DNA from: Phycisphaera mikurensis NBRC 102666
GTDB taxonomy: Bacteria > Planctomycetota > Phycisphaerae > Phycisphaerales > Phycisphaeraceae
Length of the DNA stretch: 32,000 bases
Direction: 5' to 3'
NCBI RefSeq assembly: GCF_000284115.1
Contig: NC_017080.1
Coordinates: 3,060,001 to 3,092,000 of the forward strand
Shown: piece by piece, positions 19,426 through 28,749 of the stretch
Layout: the number at the start of each line of letters is the position of its first letter
Position numbering within the stretch: position 1 is the first letter of the stretch
Notes under the pieces: generated by a model
Seen by the model: only the letters and a program-made list of their open reading frames with translations
The model's database searches: none
Told to the model about the DNA's origin: nothing
Translations under genes and position numbers: made by a program

Positions 19426-20454
19426 ATGGCGGACCTGCTGAGCCCCGACGAAGTCGCCCCCGTCGTCGCGGGGCTCGACCGCGTGCTCGGCTCCCTCGAC
19501 GCCGCCCTGCTCGGCCAGCCGCGGCTGCACCGGCTGGTGATGATCGGGATCCTCTCGCGCGGGCACGTGCTCCTGGAGGGCATGCCCGGCGTCGGCAAGA
19601 CGGTGCTGATCCGCACCCTCGGCGAGCTGCTGCGCCTGGGGTTCAGCCGCGTGCAGTTCACGCCGGACCTCATGCCCGGCGACATCACCGGCTCGCTCAT
19701 CCTCGAGGAGGGCGACGACGGGAAGCGGTCGATGGCCTTCAAGCCCGGCCCGATCTTCACCAACGTGCTGCTCGCCGACGAGGTGAACCGGGCGAGCCCC
19801 AAGACGCAGTCGGCGATGCTCGAGGCGATGGCCGAGCGCCGCGTCACGGTGATGGGCGAGACGCGCGAGCTGCCGAGCCCCTTCTTCGTCCTCGCGAGCC
19901 AGAACCCGATCGACCTGGAGGGCACGTACCCGCTGCCCGAGGCGCAGGTCGACCGCTTTCTGTTCAAGCTCAACGTCGGCCGGCCCTCGGCCGCGACGCT
20001 GGAGAAGATGATCTCCGGCCGACGGCGTGGCGAGGCGGGGGCGGCCGCCGCGGCGGGGGCGGTCGAGGCCGACGAGCTGCAGCGCTGGTTCGCCGCGATG
20101 GAGCGGGTGGCCCTGCCGCCCGCGGTCGCGGCGTACATCTCGCGGCTCGTCGCGGCAACCCACGCCGACGACGCCGACGCGCCCGACCTCGTGAAGCGGT
20201 ACGTGACGCACGGGGCGAGCCCGCGGGCGGCGATCGGGCTCGCGGAGTCGGCCCGCGCCCACGCGCTGCTCGCCGGCCGGCCGGTCGCCGGGTTCGAGGA
20301 CGTGGACGCGGTGGCCGGGCCGGTGCTGAACCACCGGATGATCTTGAACTACCAGGCCCGGTTCGAGAAGGTGCCGGCGGATGATGTGGTGGCGCAGCTG
20401 CTGTCGTCCGTCGACGCGGTGGCGGGCGCCGTGCCCGCGGGGGTGACGGCGTGA
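19426..20454 (+). CDS. MoxR-family AAA ATPase
   Basis: GHVLLEGMPGVGKTVLIRTL (Walker A), NVLLADEVNRASPKTQSAMLEAM (Walker B), PSPFFVLASQNPIDLEGTYPLPEAQVDRFLF. Confidence 0.95.
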   Translation: MADLLSPDEVAPVVAGLDRVLGSLDAALLGQPRLHRLVMIGILSRGHVLLEGMPGVGKTVLIRTLGELLRLGFSRVQFTPDLMPGDITGSLILEEGDDGKRSMAFKPGPIFTNVLLADEVNRASPKTQSAMLEAMAERRVTVMGETRELPSPFFVLASQNPIDLEGTYPLPEAQVDRFLFKLNVGRPSAATLEKMISGRRRGEAGAAAAAGAVEADELQRWFAAMERVALPPAVAAYISRLVAATHADDADAPDLVKRYVTHGASPRAAIGLAESARAHALLAGRPVAGFEDVDAVAGPVLNHRMILNYQARFEKVPADDVVAQLLSSVDAVAGAVPAGVTA

Positions 20455-22346
20455 AAGCAACGGCCGCGACGCCATCGGGGTGCCACGCCGCTTGCGGGGT
20501 GAGCGTGCGTCGGCGGCTCCCCACCCCCCAAGGGGCGTGGCACCCGAGCCTCCCGCGGACCGTCGCCGTGTTTCTGCTTTTGTTGCTCTGGTCCGCGGCG
20601 ACCGTTCGGGCCTCCGCCGGCACCGAGCGCTACGGCGACGTCACCGTCTCGATCGGCGACGCCGATGGCCCCGCTTCCTTCCGCGGCTACGTCCGCCACG
20701 CGGTCACGCTCCGCAACGACGGCGGCGTGGCCCGCCGCGTCACGATCCGCCTGCCCGAGCACAGCTACGGCGGCGGCGACCACCTGCAGTCGCTCTCGCG
20801 GACGTTCTCCGTCGAGGCCGGCGGCACGGCGAACGCCGAGCTGCTGTTCCCGCCGCTGGAGGTCCGCGGCAGCGGCAACGCGGTCGTGAGCATCGACGGC
20901 GTGCGGCAGCGCGACGCGGTGCCGGTGAGCATGCGCAGCGGCGGCCACGACGCCGCGCCCGCGGGCCTGCTCGTGAGCCGGACGGTCGACCGCGAGACCA
21001 GGAGCCGGCTGGAGGCGGCGAAGGACGCCCACAACACCGCCGGCGGCTCGCCGAGCACCGGCGGCGGCTTCGGCGGCTTCGGCGGCGGCACCGACGACGT
21101 GCCGCTCGTCACCGCCGAGCCGATCGAGCAGTGGAGCCGCTCGTGGCTCGGCTACACCGGCTTCTCCGCCGTCGTCGTCGGCGAGAACGACCTCTCCCGC
21201 ATGCCGCCCTCGGTGGCCGGCGGCCTCCGCGACTGGTCGCTGGCCGGCGGGCAGCTCGTGGTGGTCACCGACACCGAGGGCGAGCGGCCGATGCCGCCGG
21301 GCTGGCCGCGCGCGGCCGGCTCCGGCGACGCGGCCATCGGCCTCGGGAAGGTCTCCTGGTGGGGGCCGGAAGCGCCCGAGCGGGAAGCCGACGCGGCCGC
21401 GGAAGCGTGGATCAAGGATGCCCTCGCCCACGGCAACGCCGCGCTGCGGCCGCTCACCGCGGAGCAGGCCGAGCGGAGCTTCCCCGTGGTCGAGGGCCTC
21501 ACCACCCCGGTCCGCGGGCTGGTCCTCCTGATGCTCGTCTTCGCGGTCCTCATCGGGCCGGTGAACATCGGGCTGCTGGCCTACCACAAACGCCGCATGT
21601 GGCTGCTGTGGACGGTGCCGCTGGGCTCCGCCGTCTTCTCCGTGGGCGTCATCGCCTTCGCCTTCCTCTCCGAGGGCGTCTCCCCGCAAGCCCGCACGCA
21701 AGCGGTCACGTACCTCGACCAGACGACACGCGAGGCGGTGACGATCGGCATGCGCGGCTACTACGCCCCGCTCACGCCCGGCGACGGGCTCCGGTTCCCG
21801 ATGAGCACGCGGGTCGTCCCGCAGGTCGTCCGGCAGGGCTGGAACGACAGCGGCCGCGGCCGCAGCGTCGACCAGACCAGCGGCCAGCACCTCACCCGCG
21901 GCTGGGTCGCCGCCCGCGTGCCGGCCCACCTGGAGCTGACCGACGTGAGCGCGTCGCGCCTGCGGCTGGACGTGGAGGAGCTGCCCGGCGGCGGGATCGC
22001 GGTGACCAACGGCTTGGGTGTCGCGGTCGACAACCTCCGGCTGGCCTCTCCGAAAGGCCAGCAGTTTCAGCTGACAGGCACCCTCGCCCCAGGCGCGGTG
22101 GAGACGCTCGCTCCGGCACCGGCTCCGTCGACACACGTGGCCGGCGGACACGTCGAGATGCTCCGCCTGCGTCGCTGGGCCGCGGCCGACCTCACCTTCG
22201 ACGACCACCCCCCCGCCGCCGGGACCTACGTGGCGAACGTCGCCTCCACCCCCTTCGTTGAAGATGGCCTCGACGGCCTCGCAGAGCACCGCATCGACGT
22301 GACCATCCTCGGCCGCTACGCCCCCGCCACCGGAGGTGGCGGGTGA
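20451..22346 (+). CDS. Large membrane/secreted hypothetical protein of the cluster; 5' end uncertain
   Basis: GTG at 20451 overlaps the moxR stop. Signal-like VAVFLLLLLWSAATVRASAG lies about 40 codons in. Extracytoplasmic region plus GLVLLMLVFAVLIGPVNIGLLAY and LWTVPLGSAVFSVGVIAFAF TM segments. Confidence 0.75.
   Translation: MKATAATPSGCHAACGVSVRRRLPTPQGAWHPSLPRTVAVFLLLLLWSAATVRASAGTERYGDVTVSIGDADGPASFRGYVRHAVTLRNDGGVARRVTIRLPEHSYGGGDHLQSLSRTFSVEAGGTANAELLFPPLEVRGSGNAVVSIDGVRQRDAVPVSMRSGGHDAAPAGLLVSRTVDRETRSRLEAAKDAHNTAGGSPSTGGGFGGFGGGTDDVPLVTAEPIEQWSRSWLGYTGFSAVVVGENDLSRMPPSVAGGLRDWSLAGGQLVVVTDTEGERPMPPGWPRAAGSGDAAIGLGKVSWWGPEAPEREADAAAEAWIKDALAHGNAALRPLTAEQAERSFPVVEGLTTPVRGLVLLMLVFAVLIGPVNIGLLAYHKRRMWLLWTVPLGSAVFSVGVIAFAFLSEGVSPQARTQAVTYLDQTTREAVTIGMRGYYAPLTPGDGLRFPMSTRVVPQVVRQGWNDSGRGRSVDQTSGQHLTRGWVAARVPAHLELTDVSASRLRLDVEELPGGGIAVTNGLGVAVDNLRLASPKGQQFQLTGTLAPGAVETLAPAPAPSTHVAGGHVEMLRLRRWAAADLTFDDHPPAAGTYVANVASTPFVEDGLDGLAEHRIDVTILGRYAPATGGGG
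20478..20545. repeat. Stem-loop/inverted repeat GGGTGCCACGCC...GGCGTGGCACCC
   Basis: Left arm gggtgccacgccgcttgcggggtg (20478-20501), right arm caccccccaaggggcgtggcaccc (20522-20545): 24-nt arms with 2 mismatches, 20-nt loop. Confidence 0.8.
20553..20598. repeat. 46-nt inverted-repeat element, copy H
   Basis: ccgcggaccg-N26-tggtccgcgg (9/10 right arm), overlapping the signal-peptide coding region. Confidence 0.5.
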
Positions 22347-23305
22347 AGATCACCGTCAACCGCCTCAAGAAGCGCTTCGGCAAGACCCTCGCCGTCGACG
22401 ACCTGTCCTTCGGCTTCGAGACCGGCCAGGTCTTCGCCTTCGTCGGCCCCAACGGCGCCGGCAAGACGACGACCATGCGGATGATGGCCACGCTGGACAC
22501 GCCCGACGGCGGGCGGATCTTCTTCGACGGCCTCGACATCGTGAGCGAGCCCGAGAAGGCCCGCCGGCTGATCGGCTACATGCCCGACAACCTGCCCACG
22601 CACCGCGACCTCTCCGTCGCCGACTACCTGGACTTCTTCGCCCGGGCCTACGGCCTCCGCCACCGCGAGCGTTCGCTGATGCTCGGGCAGGTGACCGAGT
22701 TCACCAACCTCTCGGGCCTGCTGGAGAAGCCGCTCCGCGGGCTGTCCAAGGGCATGAAGCAGCGCGTCTCGCTCGCTCGGTCGCTCGTCCACGACCCGCC
22801 GCTGCTCATCATGGACGAGCCCGCCGCCGGGCTGGATCCGCGGGCCCGCGTGGAGCTGCGTGAGCTCATCAAAGCGATGACCGAGCGCGGCAAGGCGGTG
22901 TTCATCTCCAGCCACATCCTCACCGAGCTCGCCGAGATCGCCGACGGCGCGGTCATCATCGAGAAGGGCAAGCTGCTGCGGGCCGGCACGCTGGAGCAGA
23001 TCAAGCGCGGCAGCGACGCCCCCGAGCTCGACGCGGACGGCGCGGAGCTGAAGGTCCAGCACGTCGCGATCCGCGTGCGCGACCGCGTGGAGGAGTTGCA
23101 GAAAGCACTCCTGGAGATGCCCGGCGTGCGGAAGGTCAAGCTCGCCGGCCGCCACGTCGAGGCCGATGTCGACGGCGACGAGGACGCCGCCTGCGACCTG
23201 CTCGCCGAGCTGCTGAAGCGCGACTACCGCGTGATGGAGTTCAAGCAGGTGGAGAAGGACTTGGAGCAGCTGTTCATGTCGATCACGAGGGGGGAGGTTT
23301 CCTGA
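22343..23305 (+). CDS. ABC-2 type transporter ATP-binding protein
   Basis: FAFVGPNGAGKTTTMRMM (Walker A), LSKGMKQRVSLARSLVHDPPLLIMDEPAAGLDPRARVEL (signature and Walker B). Confidence 0.95.
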   Translation: MKITVNRLKKRFGKTLAVDDLSFGFETGQVFAFVGPNGAGKTTTMRMMATLDTPDGGRIFFDGLDIVSEPEKARRLIGYMPDNLPTHRDLSVADYLDFFARAYGLRHRERSLMLGQVTEFTNLSGLLEKPLRGLSKGMKQRVSLARSLVHDPPLLIMDEPAAGLDPRARVELRELIKAMTERGKAVFISSHILTELAEIADGAVIIEKGKLLRAGTLEQIKRGSDAPELDADGAELKVQHVAIRVRDRVEELQKALLEMPGVRKVKLAGRHVEADVDGDEDAACDLLAELLKRDYRVMEFKQVEKDLEQLFMSITRGEVS

Positions 23306-23372
23306 TGCGTTCCATCGGCGTCCTCGAAGGTCTGGGGGCCGGGTTCCACGGTCGGCTGCGTTGCACAGCGAA

Positions 23373-23451
23373 GAAGCGAAGAAGCGAAGAAGTCGGCAAG
23401 GGCCCATCCAGCACCGTTGCTGCCATGCCGACTTCTTCGCTTCTTCGCTTC
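23373..23451. repeat. Perfect inverted repeat, 26-bp arms, 27-nt loop
   Basis: gaagcgaagaagcgaagaagtcggca (23373-23398) / tgccgacttcttcgcttcttcgcttc (23426-23451). Confidence 0.92.
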
Positions 23452-23480
23452 CCCGCTTTCTCGCTCTCCGGCGCTGCCGC

Positions 23481-24296
23481 GTGATCCACGCCGCCCCCCC
23501 CAAGCCCGCCCTCGCCGACCGCCTCGCGGACCGCGTCAACCCCGTCGCGCTCAAGGAGCTGCGGCAGGCGGTGAACTCTCGCTTCATCAACGGGATGCTG
23601 CTGACGCTGCTGGCGGTGCTGCTGGCGATCCTGATCGGCTACGCGGTGACGCTCGACCCGGCTCAGGCGGCGACCCGGGGTGACGGGGCGTGGCTGTTCG
23701 GCTTCTTCCAGCTGGTGCTCGGGGTGGTCGCGGGGCTGGGGTTGCCGCTGTACGTGGGGATCCGGCTGGCGGTGGAGCGGGCGACGGCGACGGGGGACCT
23801 GCTGCGCATGACGACGCTGATGCCCTGGGAGGTGGTCCGCGGGAAGATGTACGCGGGCCTCACGCTCGCGGGGCTCATCGCGTCGGCGTGCGTGCCGTTC
23901 GTCGTGGTGACGTGGCTGCTGCGGGGCGTGGACGTGGTGACGATCCTCGCGACGCTGGTGAGCATGGCGGGGCTGGTCACGCTTGCGTTGTCGCTGGCGC
24001 TCATGGTCGGCTCGTCGCCGCACGGGCCGGTGATGAAGACGATCTACGGGCTGTTCATGCTGCTGGTGACGCCGATCCTGCTCCTGGTGCTCAGCGGGTT
24101 GGTGAGCACGCTGGCCTTCATCACCGGACGCGGCTTCATCACCGGGCTGCTGAGCAGCCTGCTCGCCTTCGGCACCATCAGCGTGCTGTTCCTCGCCCGC
24201 GCCGCGGGCTGGCTCTCGCCCAGAGGGGCGAGCCGCTCGCGGAGCACCCGCGGGCCCTCCAAAGCCTGGGTCGGCCGGAAGAAGCTGCCGTCATGA
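23481..24296 (+). CDS. ABC-2 transporter permease
   Basis: ALADRLADRVNPVALKELRQAVNSRFINGMLLTLLAVLLAILIGYAV followed by several TM helices. GTG start chosen to exclude the inverted repeat. Confidence 0.85.
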   Translation: MIHAAPPKPALADRLADRVNPVALKELRQAVNSRFINGMLLTLLAVLLAILIGYAVTLDPAQAATRGDGAWLFGFFQLVLGVVAGLGLPLYVGIRLAVERATATGDLLRMTTLMPWEVVRGKMYAGLTLAGLIASACVPFVVVTWLLRGVDVVTILATLVSMAGLVTLALSLALMVGSSPHGPVMKTIYGLFMLLVTPILLLVLSGLVSTLAFITGRGFITGLLSSLLAFGTISVLFLARAAGWLSPRGASRSRSTRGPSKAWVGRKKLPS

Positions 24297-25870
24297 GCCA
24301 AGCCGCCGCGAGCACCGCCAGCGCCGCCCGCACCGCCGGAGGCTTCGCCGCCGGGGTCTCGGACCGGCTGAACCCGATCGTGGTGAAGGAGCTTCGCCAG
24401 GCGGTGAAGAGCTGGTTCATCGTCGGGCTGCTGTTGCTGCTGCTCTCGGTGCTCACGCTCATCCAGGTGATCTGGGTGATGAGCAGCACCGACCTGGGCT
24501 CGACCTCCAGCGACGGCGGCCGCGACCTGTTCCTCGTGTTCCAGGGGACGCTGCTGGCGATCGCGCTCCTGGGCCTGCCGGTCTACACGGGCGTCCGCCT
24601 CGCAGCGGAGCGGGCCTCGGCGACGAGTGACCTGCTGTACGTGACCACGATCCGCCCGTGGTCGATCGTGTGGGGCAAGCTGGCGGCGGGCGTGGTGGTG
24701 ACGCTGCTGGTGTTCGCGGCGTGCGCGCCCTTCATGATCGTCACGTACCTGATGCGGGGCATCGACCCGCCGACGATCCTCTTCGTGCTGGGGCTGGACT
24801 TCCTGCTCGTGCTCTCGGGGCTGGTGCTGGCGATCTTCCTGGGAGCGCTGCCGGTGGGGATCGGGATGAAGGTGTTCCTGGGGCTGATCGGGGTGGCGGT
24901 GCTGCTCTGGACCTTCGGCCTCACGACCGGGGCGGTGACCTCGTCGCTGGTGTTCTTGGGCGTCGGGGCGGACTTCAGCGACCCCGAGTTCCTCGCCGGT
25001 CTGGGCGCGACGCTGCTGCTCTGGGGGGCCGGGCTGCTGCTGCTCCTGCTGCTGGTGGTGGCGATGATTGCGCCCGCGGCGGCGGACCGGGCGCGGCCGC
25101 TGCGGGTGTTCGTGACGGGGATGTGGGTCGCGGGTGGGCTGGCCGCCATCGGAGCCTCCGCGTGGTACGACGAAGCAGCGCCCATCGCGATCTGGCTCAT
25201 TGGGTCGTTTCTCGTGCTGATGCCGGCGCTTCTCATCGCTTCGAGCGAACGAGACACCTTCGGTCCGCGGCAACGACGCGTGATCCCGGAGCATCCATCG
25301 CTGCGACTCGTTCAAGGGCTCTTCTCCAGCGGTGCAGCGGCGGGGCTCCTCTGGGCGACGTTGCTGCCGATCCTCACGGTCGTGCTCACGTTCCTCCTTG
25401 TACCGATCTTCGATGGGCGTGGCCACGACGCCGACGAGCTTCGCTACGTCATCCTGGGGACGAGCGTCTGCGGCCTCTTCGTCCTCGGCTACACGCTGCT
25501 CGCCACCTTCCTCCGCCAGCTGTTCCTCAAGTCGCCCGCGAAGCAGCTGGCCACCGGCGGCATCGCCGCGGTGCTGATCGCGGCGGCGATGCTGGTGCCG
25601 CCGCTGGTCGCGTTCGCGCTGGACCCGCGGGGCTGGGACCGCAGCGAGGCGGATTGGCTGTTCCTGAATCCCTTCGGCGTGTTCTTCCGCGGCGGCGGCG
25701 ACAGCGTCCAGGGCTACGACCTGCTGCTGCTGGTCATCTCCAGCGGCCTCGTGCTCGCCGGGCTGTTGCTGAACGCCCGCTGGTTCTGGAAGCAGTGGAA
25801 GCGGTATGCGCCGCTGCGCCCCGAGGAGTCGATGGCGTTGGCATCGGATGGGGTCTTCGTTGCGCCCTGA
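24293..25870 (+). CDS. ABC-2 transporter permease, second paralogue
   Basis: GVSDRLNPIVVKELRQAVKSWFIVGLLLLLLSVLTLIQVIWVM...; N-terminus parallels the upstream permease; 4-nt overlap. Confidence 0.88.
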   Translation: MSQAAASTASAARTAGGFAAGVSDRLNPIVVKELRQAVKSWFIVGLLLLLLSVLTLIQVIWVMSSTDLGSTSSDGGRDLFLVFQGTLLAIALLGLPVYTGVRLAAERASATSDLLYVTTIRPWSIVWGKLAAGVVVTLLVFAACAPFMIVTYLMRGIDPPTILFVLGLDFLLVLSGLVLAIFLGALPVGIGMKVFLGLIGVAVLLWTFGLTTGAVTSSLVFLGVGADFSDPEFLAGLGATLLLWGAGLLLLLLLVVAMIAPAAADRARPLRVFVTGMWVAGGLAAIGASAWYDEAAPIAIWLIGSFLVLMPALLIASSERDTFGPRQRRVIPEHPSLRLVQGLFSSGAAAGLLWATLLPILTVVLTFLLVPIFDGRGHDADELRYVILGTSVCGLFVLGYTLLATFLRQLFLKSPAKQLATGGIAAVLIAAAMLVPPLVAFALDPRGWDRSEADWLFLNPFGVFFRGGGDSVQGYDLLLLVISSGLVLAGLLLNARWFWKQWKRYAPLRPEESMALASDGVFVAP

Positions 25871-26765
25871 TCTCCGCGAGGCGGCGGTGCGGGGGCACGC
25901 ACGCGGCACCGCGTTGTCGCTCGCGCCGCCCGCCCGCACGCCCGCCGGCGCCGCCGGCGAGCGGCTCGGCGGGCGGGTCGGCAGCAGCGTGGAGTTCATG
26001 GACTTCCGCGCCTACGCCCCCGGCGACGACCTGCGCCGGCTGGACTGGGCCGCCTACGCCCGCACCGACCGGCTGATCACGCGGCTGTACCGCGAGGAGG
26101 TCACGCCGCACTGCGACCTGCTCGTGGACGCGACCGCGTCGATGGACCTGCCCGACGCGCCCAAGGCCGCGGCGGTGATGCGGGTGGCCGGGCTGCTCGC
26201 GGGCGCCGCCGAGGCATCGCGGTGGAGCACGCGGCTGTTCGCGCTGGACGCTCCGGCGGAGGGGCCGGTGGGCCGGGAGGTCCCCGGCGGGAACGCGGGC
26301 CTGGAGGCCTGGGACTGGCCGGGCTTCGCGGAGTCCGCGGACCGTGGGCCTGGTGAGGCCAAAACGCCGACGGTCCGCGGCCCGCTCCGCCTCAAGCGGC
26401 AGGCGCTGCGGATCGTCGTCAGCGACCTGCTCTTCGAGGCGGATCCCGAGGCGGTCGCCGCCCGCTTCGCCGACGGCGCCGCGGGGCTCACCGTGGTCCA
26501 GCTGCTCTGCGAGCGCGACGCCGACCCCGGCGGCGACGGCTTCTCCGGCGACGTCCGCCTGGTGGACGCCGAGGCCGGGCTGCTGCGCGAGGCCCGCCTC
26601 GACGCCGCGGCCCTGCGGGCGTATCGCGAAGCGCTGCGGGCGCACACCGAGCGTTGGGTCGCCGCGCTCGGCCGCGTGGACGCCCGGCTGGTCACGCTGA
26701 TCGCCGAGGACGTGGTGGCCGGCGATGCGGCGAAAACGCTGATCGAGCGCGGGGTGCTGCGGTGA
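25848..26765 (+). CDS. DUF58 domain-containing protein
   Basis: SSVEFMDFRAYAPGDDLRRLDWAAYARTDRLITRLYREEVTPHCDLLVDATASMDL, the DUF58 core. Confidence 0.93.
   Translation: MGSSLRPDLREAAVRGHARGTALSLAPPARTPAGAAGERLGGRVGSSVEFMDFRAYAPGDDLRRLDWAAYARTDRLITRLYREEVTPHCDLLVDATASMDLPDAPKAAAVMRVAGLLAGAAEASRWSTRLFALDAPAEGPVGREVPGGNAGLEAWDWPGFAESADRGPGEAKTPTVRGPLRLKRQALRIVVSDLLFEADPEAVAARFADGAAGLTVVQLLCERDADPGGDGFSGDVRLVDAEAGLLREARLDAAALRAYREALRAHTERWVAALGRVDARLVTLIAEDVVAGDAAKTLIERGVLR
26335..26380. repeat. 46-nt inverted-repeat element, copy D (intragenic)
   Basis: ccgcggaccg-N26-cggtccgcgg, arms extendable to 11 nt, nested ggcct/aggcc in the spacer, inside the DUF58 CDS. Confidence 0.7.
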
Positions 26766-26793
26766 AGCGTGCGAAAGGAGCAGGTCGGCCTCC

Positions 26794-28749
26794 GTGCTGA
26801 TGGGCCTCCCCCTTGCGCTCGCGGGCCTGGTCGCGTTGCCGATCCTCGGCGGCATCTACCTGCTGCGCACGCGGTACCGCCGACAGGTGGTCTCGGCGCT
26901 GTTCCTCTGGCAGGCGGTCGCGCAGGCCTCCGGCGGCGGGCGGAAGCGCTCGCGGATGCAGGCCAGCTGGCCGCTGCTGCTGGAGCTGCTGGCGCTGCTG
27001 CTGCTCGTGCTCGCCGCGGCGGGGCCGCGGGTGCTGGCGGCCGGGCAGCGGGTGCCGGTGGTGCTGGTGCTCGATGATTCCTTCTCCATGGCGGCCACCG
27101 CCGACGGCGTCTCCGCCCGCGACCGCGGGCTCGCCGCGGTGCGGGACGAGCTCGCCGGGCTCGGCCGCTTCAGCGTCGCGGCCGTCGTCGCCGGCCCGGT
27201 GCCCGCCCGGCTCGCCGCCTCCGCGCGCGACGCCGCGGGCGTCGAGGAGGCGCTCGCCGCCTGGCAACCCGACGCCGCGGCCGCCGACCTGGACGCCGGG
27301 ATCGCGCTCGCTCGCGAGACCGGCGGGCCCGACGCCCGGCTGCTCGTGGTCACCGACCGGCCGCGGACGGTGGACGAAAACGGGCCCGAGGCCGCGCCGT
27401 CCGCGGATCCCGACGCCGTGCGGTGGCTCGCGGTCGGCGAGGCCGCGGGCAACGCGGCGGTGACGCTGGCGGTGCGGTCCGCCGACGGCGCCGCGGCGGA
27501 CACGCTGCTCGCGGAGGTGACGCGGACGGCGCCCGACCCAGCCGCGCCGGCGCGGCCGGTGCGGGTGGCCGTGGAGGTGGAGGTGCCGGGCGCAGGATCC
27601 GACGATCCGCCCGCGGGGTGGAACGTGTACCGCGCGTCGAGCGTGGAGATGAGCCCCGGCCAGACCGAACGGTTCCGCGTGGAGCTGCCGGCCTCCGCCG
27701 CCGGCCGGGCCGTCCGCGTGCGGTTGGCGATGGCCGGCGACCCGCTCGAAGCCGACGACGCGGCGGTGCTCGCCCCGGGCCGGCGGCCGGCGGTGGTGGC
27801 GGCGTCGGTCGTCGCCGACCCGCGGCTGGCCCGGGCCGCCGACGCCGCGCTCGCCGCGGCGGGCACGCAAAGGGTGCCGCCGTCGGAAGCGGAGCTCGTC
27901 GTCGCCAACTCGGCCGTGCCCGCCCCGCCGGGAGCCTGGCGGCTGATGATCGACACACCGGCCGCCGACGCGGCGACCGAGTCCTTCCTCGGGCCGTTCC
28001 TCCTCGACGAGGCCTCGCCGCTCGCCGACGGCCTGTCGCTGGGCGGGCTCGTGTGGACCGCGGCGACCGATGCGACGCTCCCCGGCCGGCCGCTGGCGAC
28101 CGCGGGCTTCACGCCGCTGGTGAGCCTCGAGGGCGACGCCTCGGCGGAGGCGCCGGTCGGCTCCGCCGTCACCGCGCGGGTGAACCTCGACGCCGCCCGC
28201 TCCACGGTGCTCGGCGCCGCCGCGTGGCCGGTGCTCGTGGACAACCTCGTCCGCGCCCGCCGCGCCGCCCGCCCCGGCGTGGCTCCCGCGAACGCGCCCG
28301 TGGGCGTCGCCGTCGCGCTCCGCAGCGGGCCGCCGCCGGTGGATCCGGCCGCCGATCCCGAGGCCGAGCTTCCGGAGCCCGCCGCCTCGATCCGCCGGCT
28401 CACCGACGCCACGGGGAGCGCCGCCGCCGGCGAGGCCGTCCCGCTCCCGCTCCCCGCGGGCGTCGGCTCCTTCGCCCCGGATGCCCCGGGCCTCTACGCC
28501 GCCGTTCTGCCCGACGGCACCGACGCCCGCTTCGCCGTCACCCGCACCTCCGCTGCCGAGAGCGATCTCTCCGCCGCCGCGACCGCCTCCGCCGGCACGC
28601 TGCAGCCCGACGCGGCCGAGGCCGCGGAGTACCGCGGCCTCGCTTGGGCGCTGGGCCTGGCGGCCCTGCTGGTGCTCGGGCTGGAGGCCTGGCTGGTGTA
28701 CGGCGGGAGCGCGGCGGCGACGCGACCGCCGGAGGGCGTGCCCGCGTGA
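26794..28749 (+). CDS. BatA-type N-terminal membrane domain plus von Willebrand factor A domain
   Basis: GLPLALAGLVALPILGGIYLLRTRYRRQVVSALFLWQ, then VPVVLVLDDSFSMAA (DxSxS), C-terminal TM. Confidence 0.85.
   Translation: MLMGLPLALAGLVALPILGGIYLLRTRYRRQVVSALFLWQAVAQASGGGRKRSRMQASWPLLLELLALLLLVLAAAGPRVLAAGQRVPVVLVLDDSFSMAATADGVSARDRGLAAVRDELAGLGRFSVAAVVAGPVPARLAASARDAAGVEEALAAWQPDAAAADLDAGIALARETGGPDARLLVVTDRPRTVDENGPEAAPSADPDAVRWLAVGEAAGNAAVTLAVRSADGAAADTLLAEVTRTAPDPAAPARPVRVAVEVEVPGAGSDDPPAGWNVYRASSVEMSPGQTERFRVELPASAAGRAVRVRLAMAGDPLEADDAAVLAPGRRPAVVAASVVADPRLARAADAALAAAGTQRVPPSEAELVVANSAVPAPPGAWRLMIDTPAADAATESFLGPFLLDEASPLADGLSLGGLVWTAATDATLPGRPLATAGFTPLVSLEGDASAEAPVGSAVTARVNLDAARSTVLGAAAWPVLVDNLVRARRAARPGVAPANAPVGVAVALRSGPPPVDPAADPEAELPEPAASIRRLTDATGSAAAGEAVPLPLPAGVGSFAPDAPGLYAAVLPDGTDARFAVTRTSAAESDLSAAATASAGTLQPDAAEAAEYRGLAWALGLAALLVLGLEAWLVYGGSAAATRPPEGVPA
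27361..27406. repeat. 46-nt inverted-repeat element, copy J (intragenic)
   Basis: ccgcggacgg-N26-ccgtccgcgg: arms perfectly complementary to each other. Confidence 0.65.

Noticed and set aside
23361-23480. N-terminal extension of the first ABC permease ORF
   Set aside because: The extension translates the perfect inverted repeat; the protein family sequence begins after the GTG at 23481.
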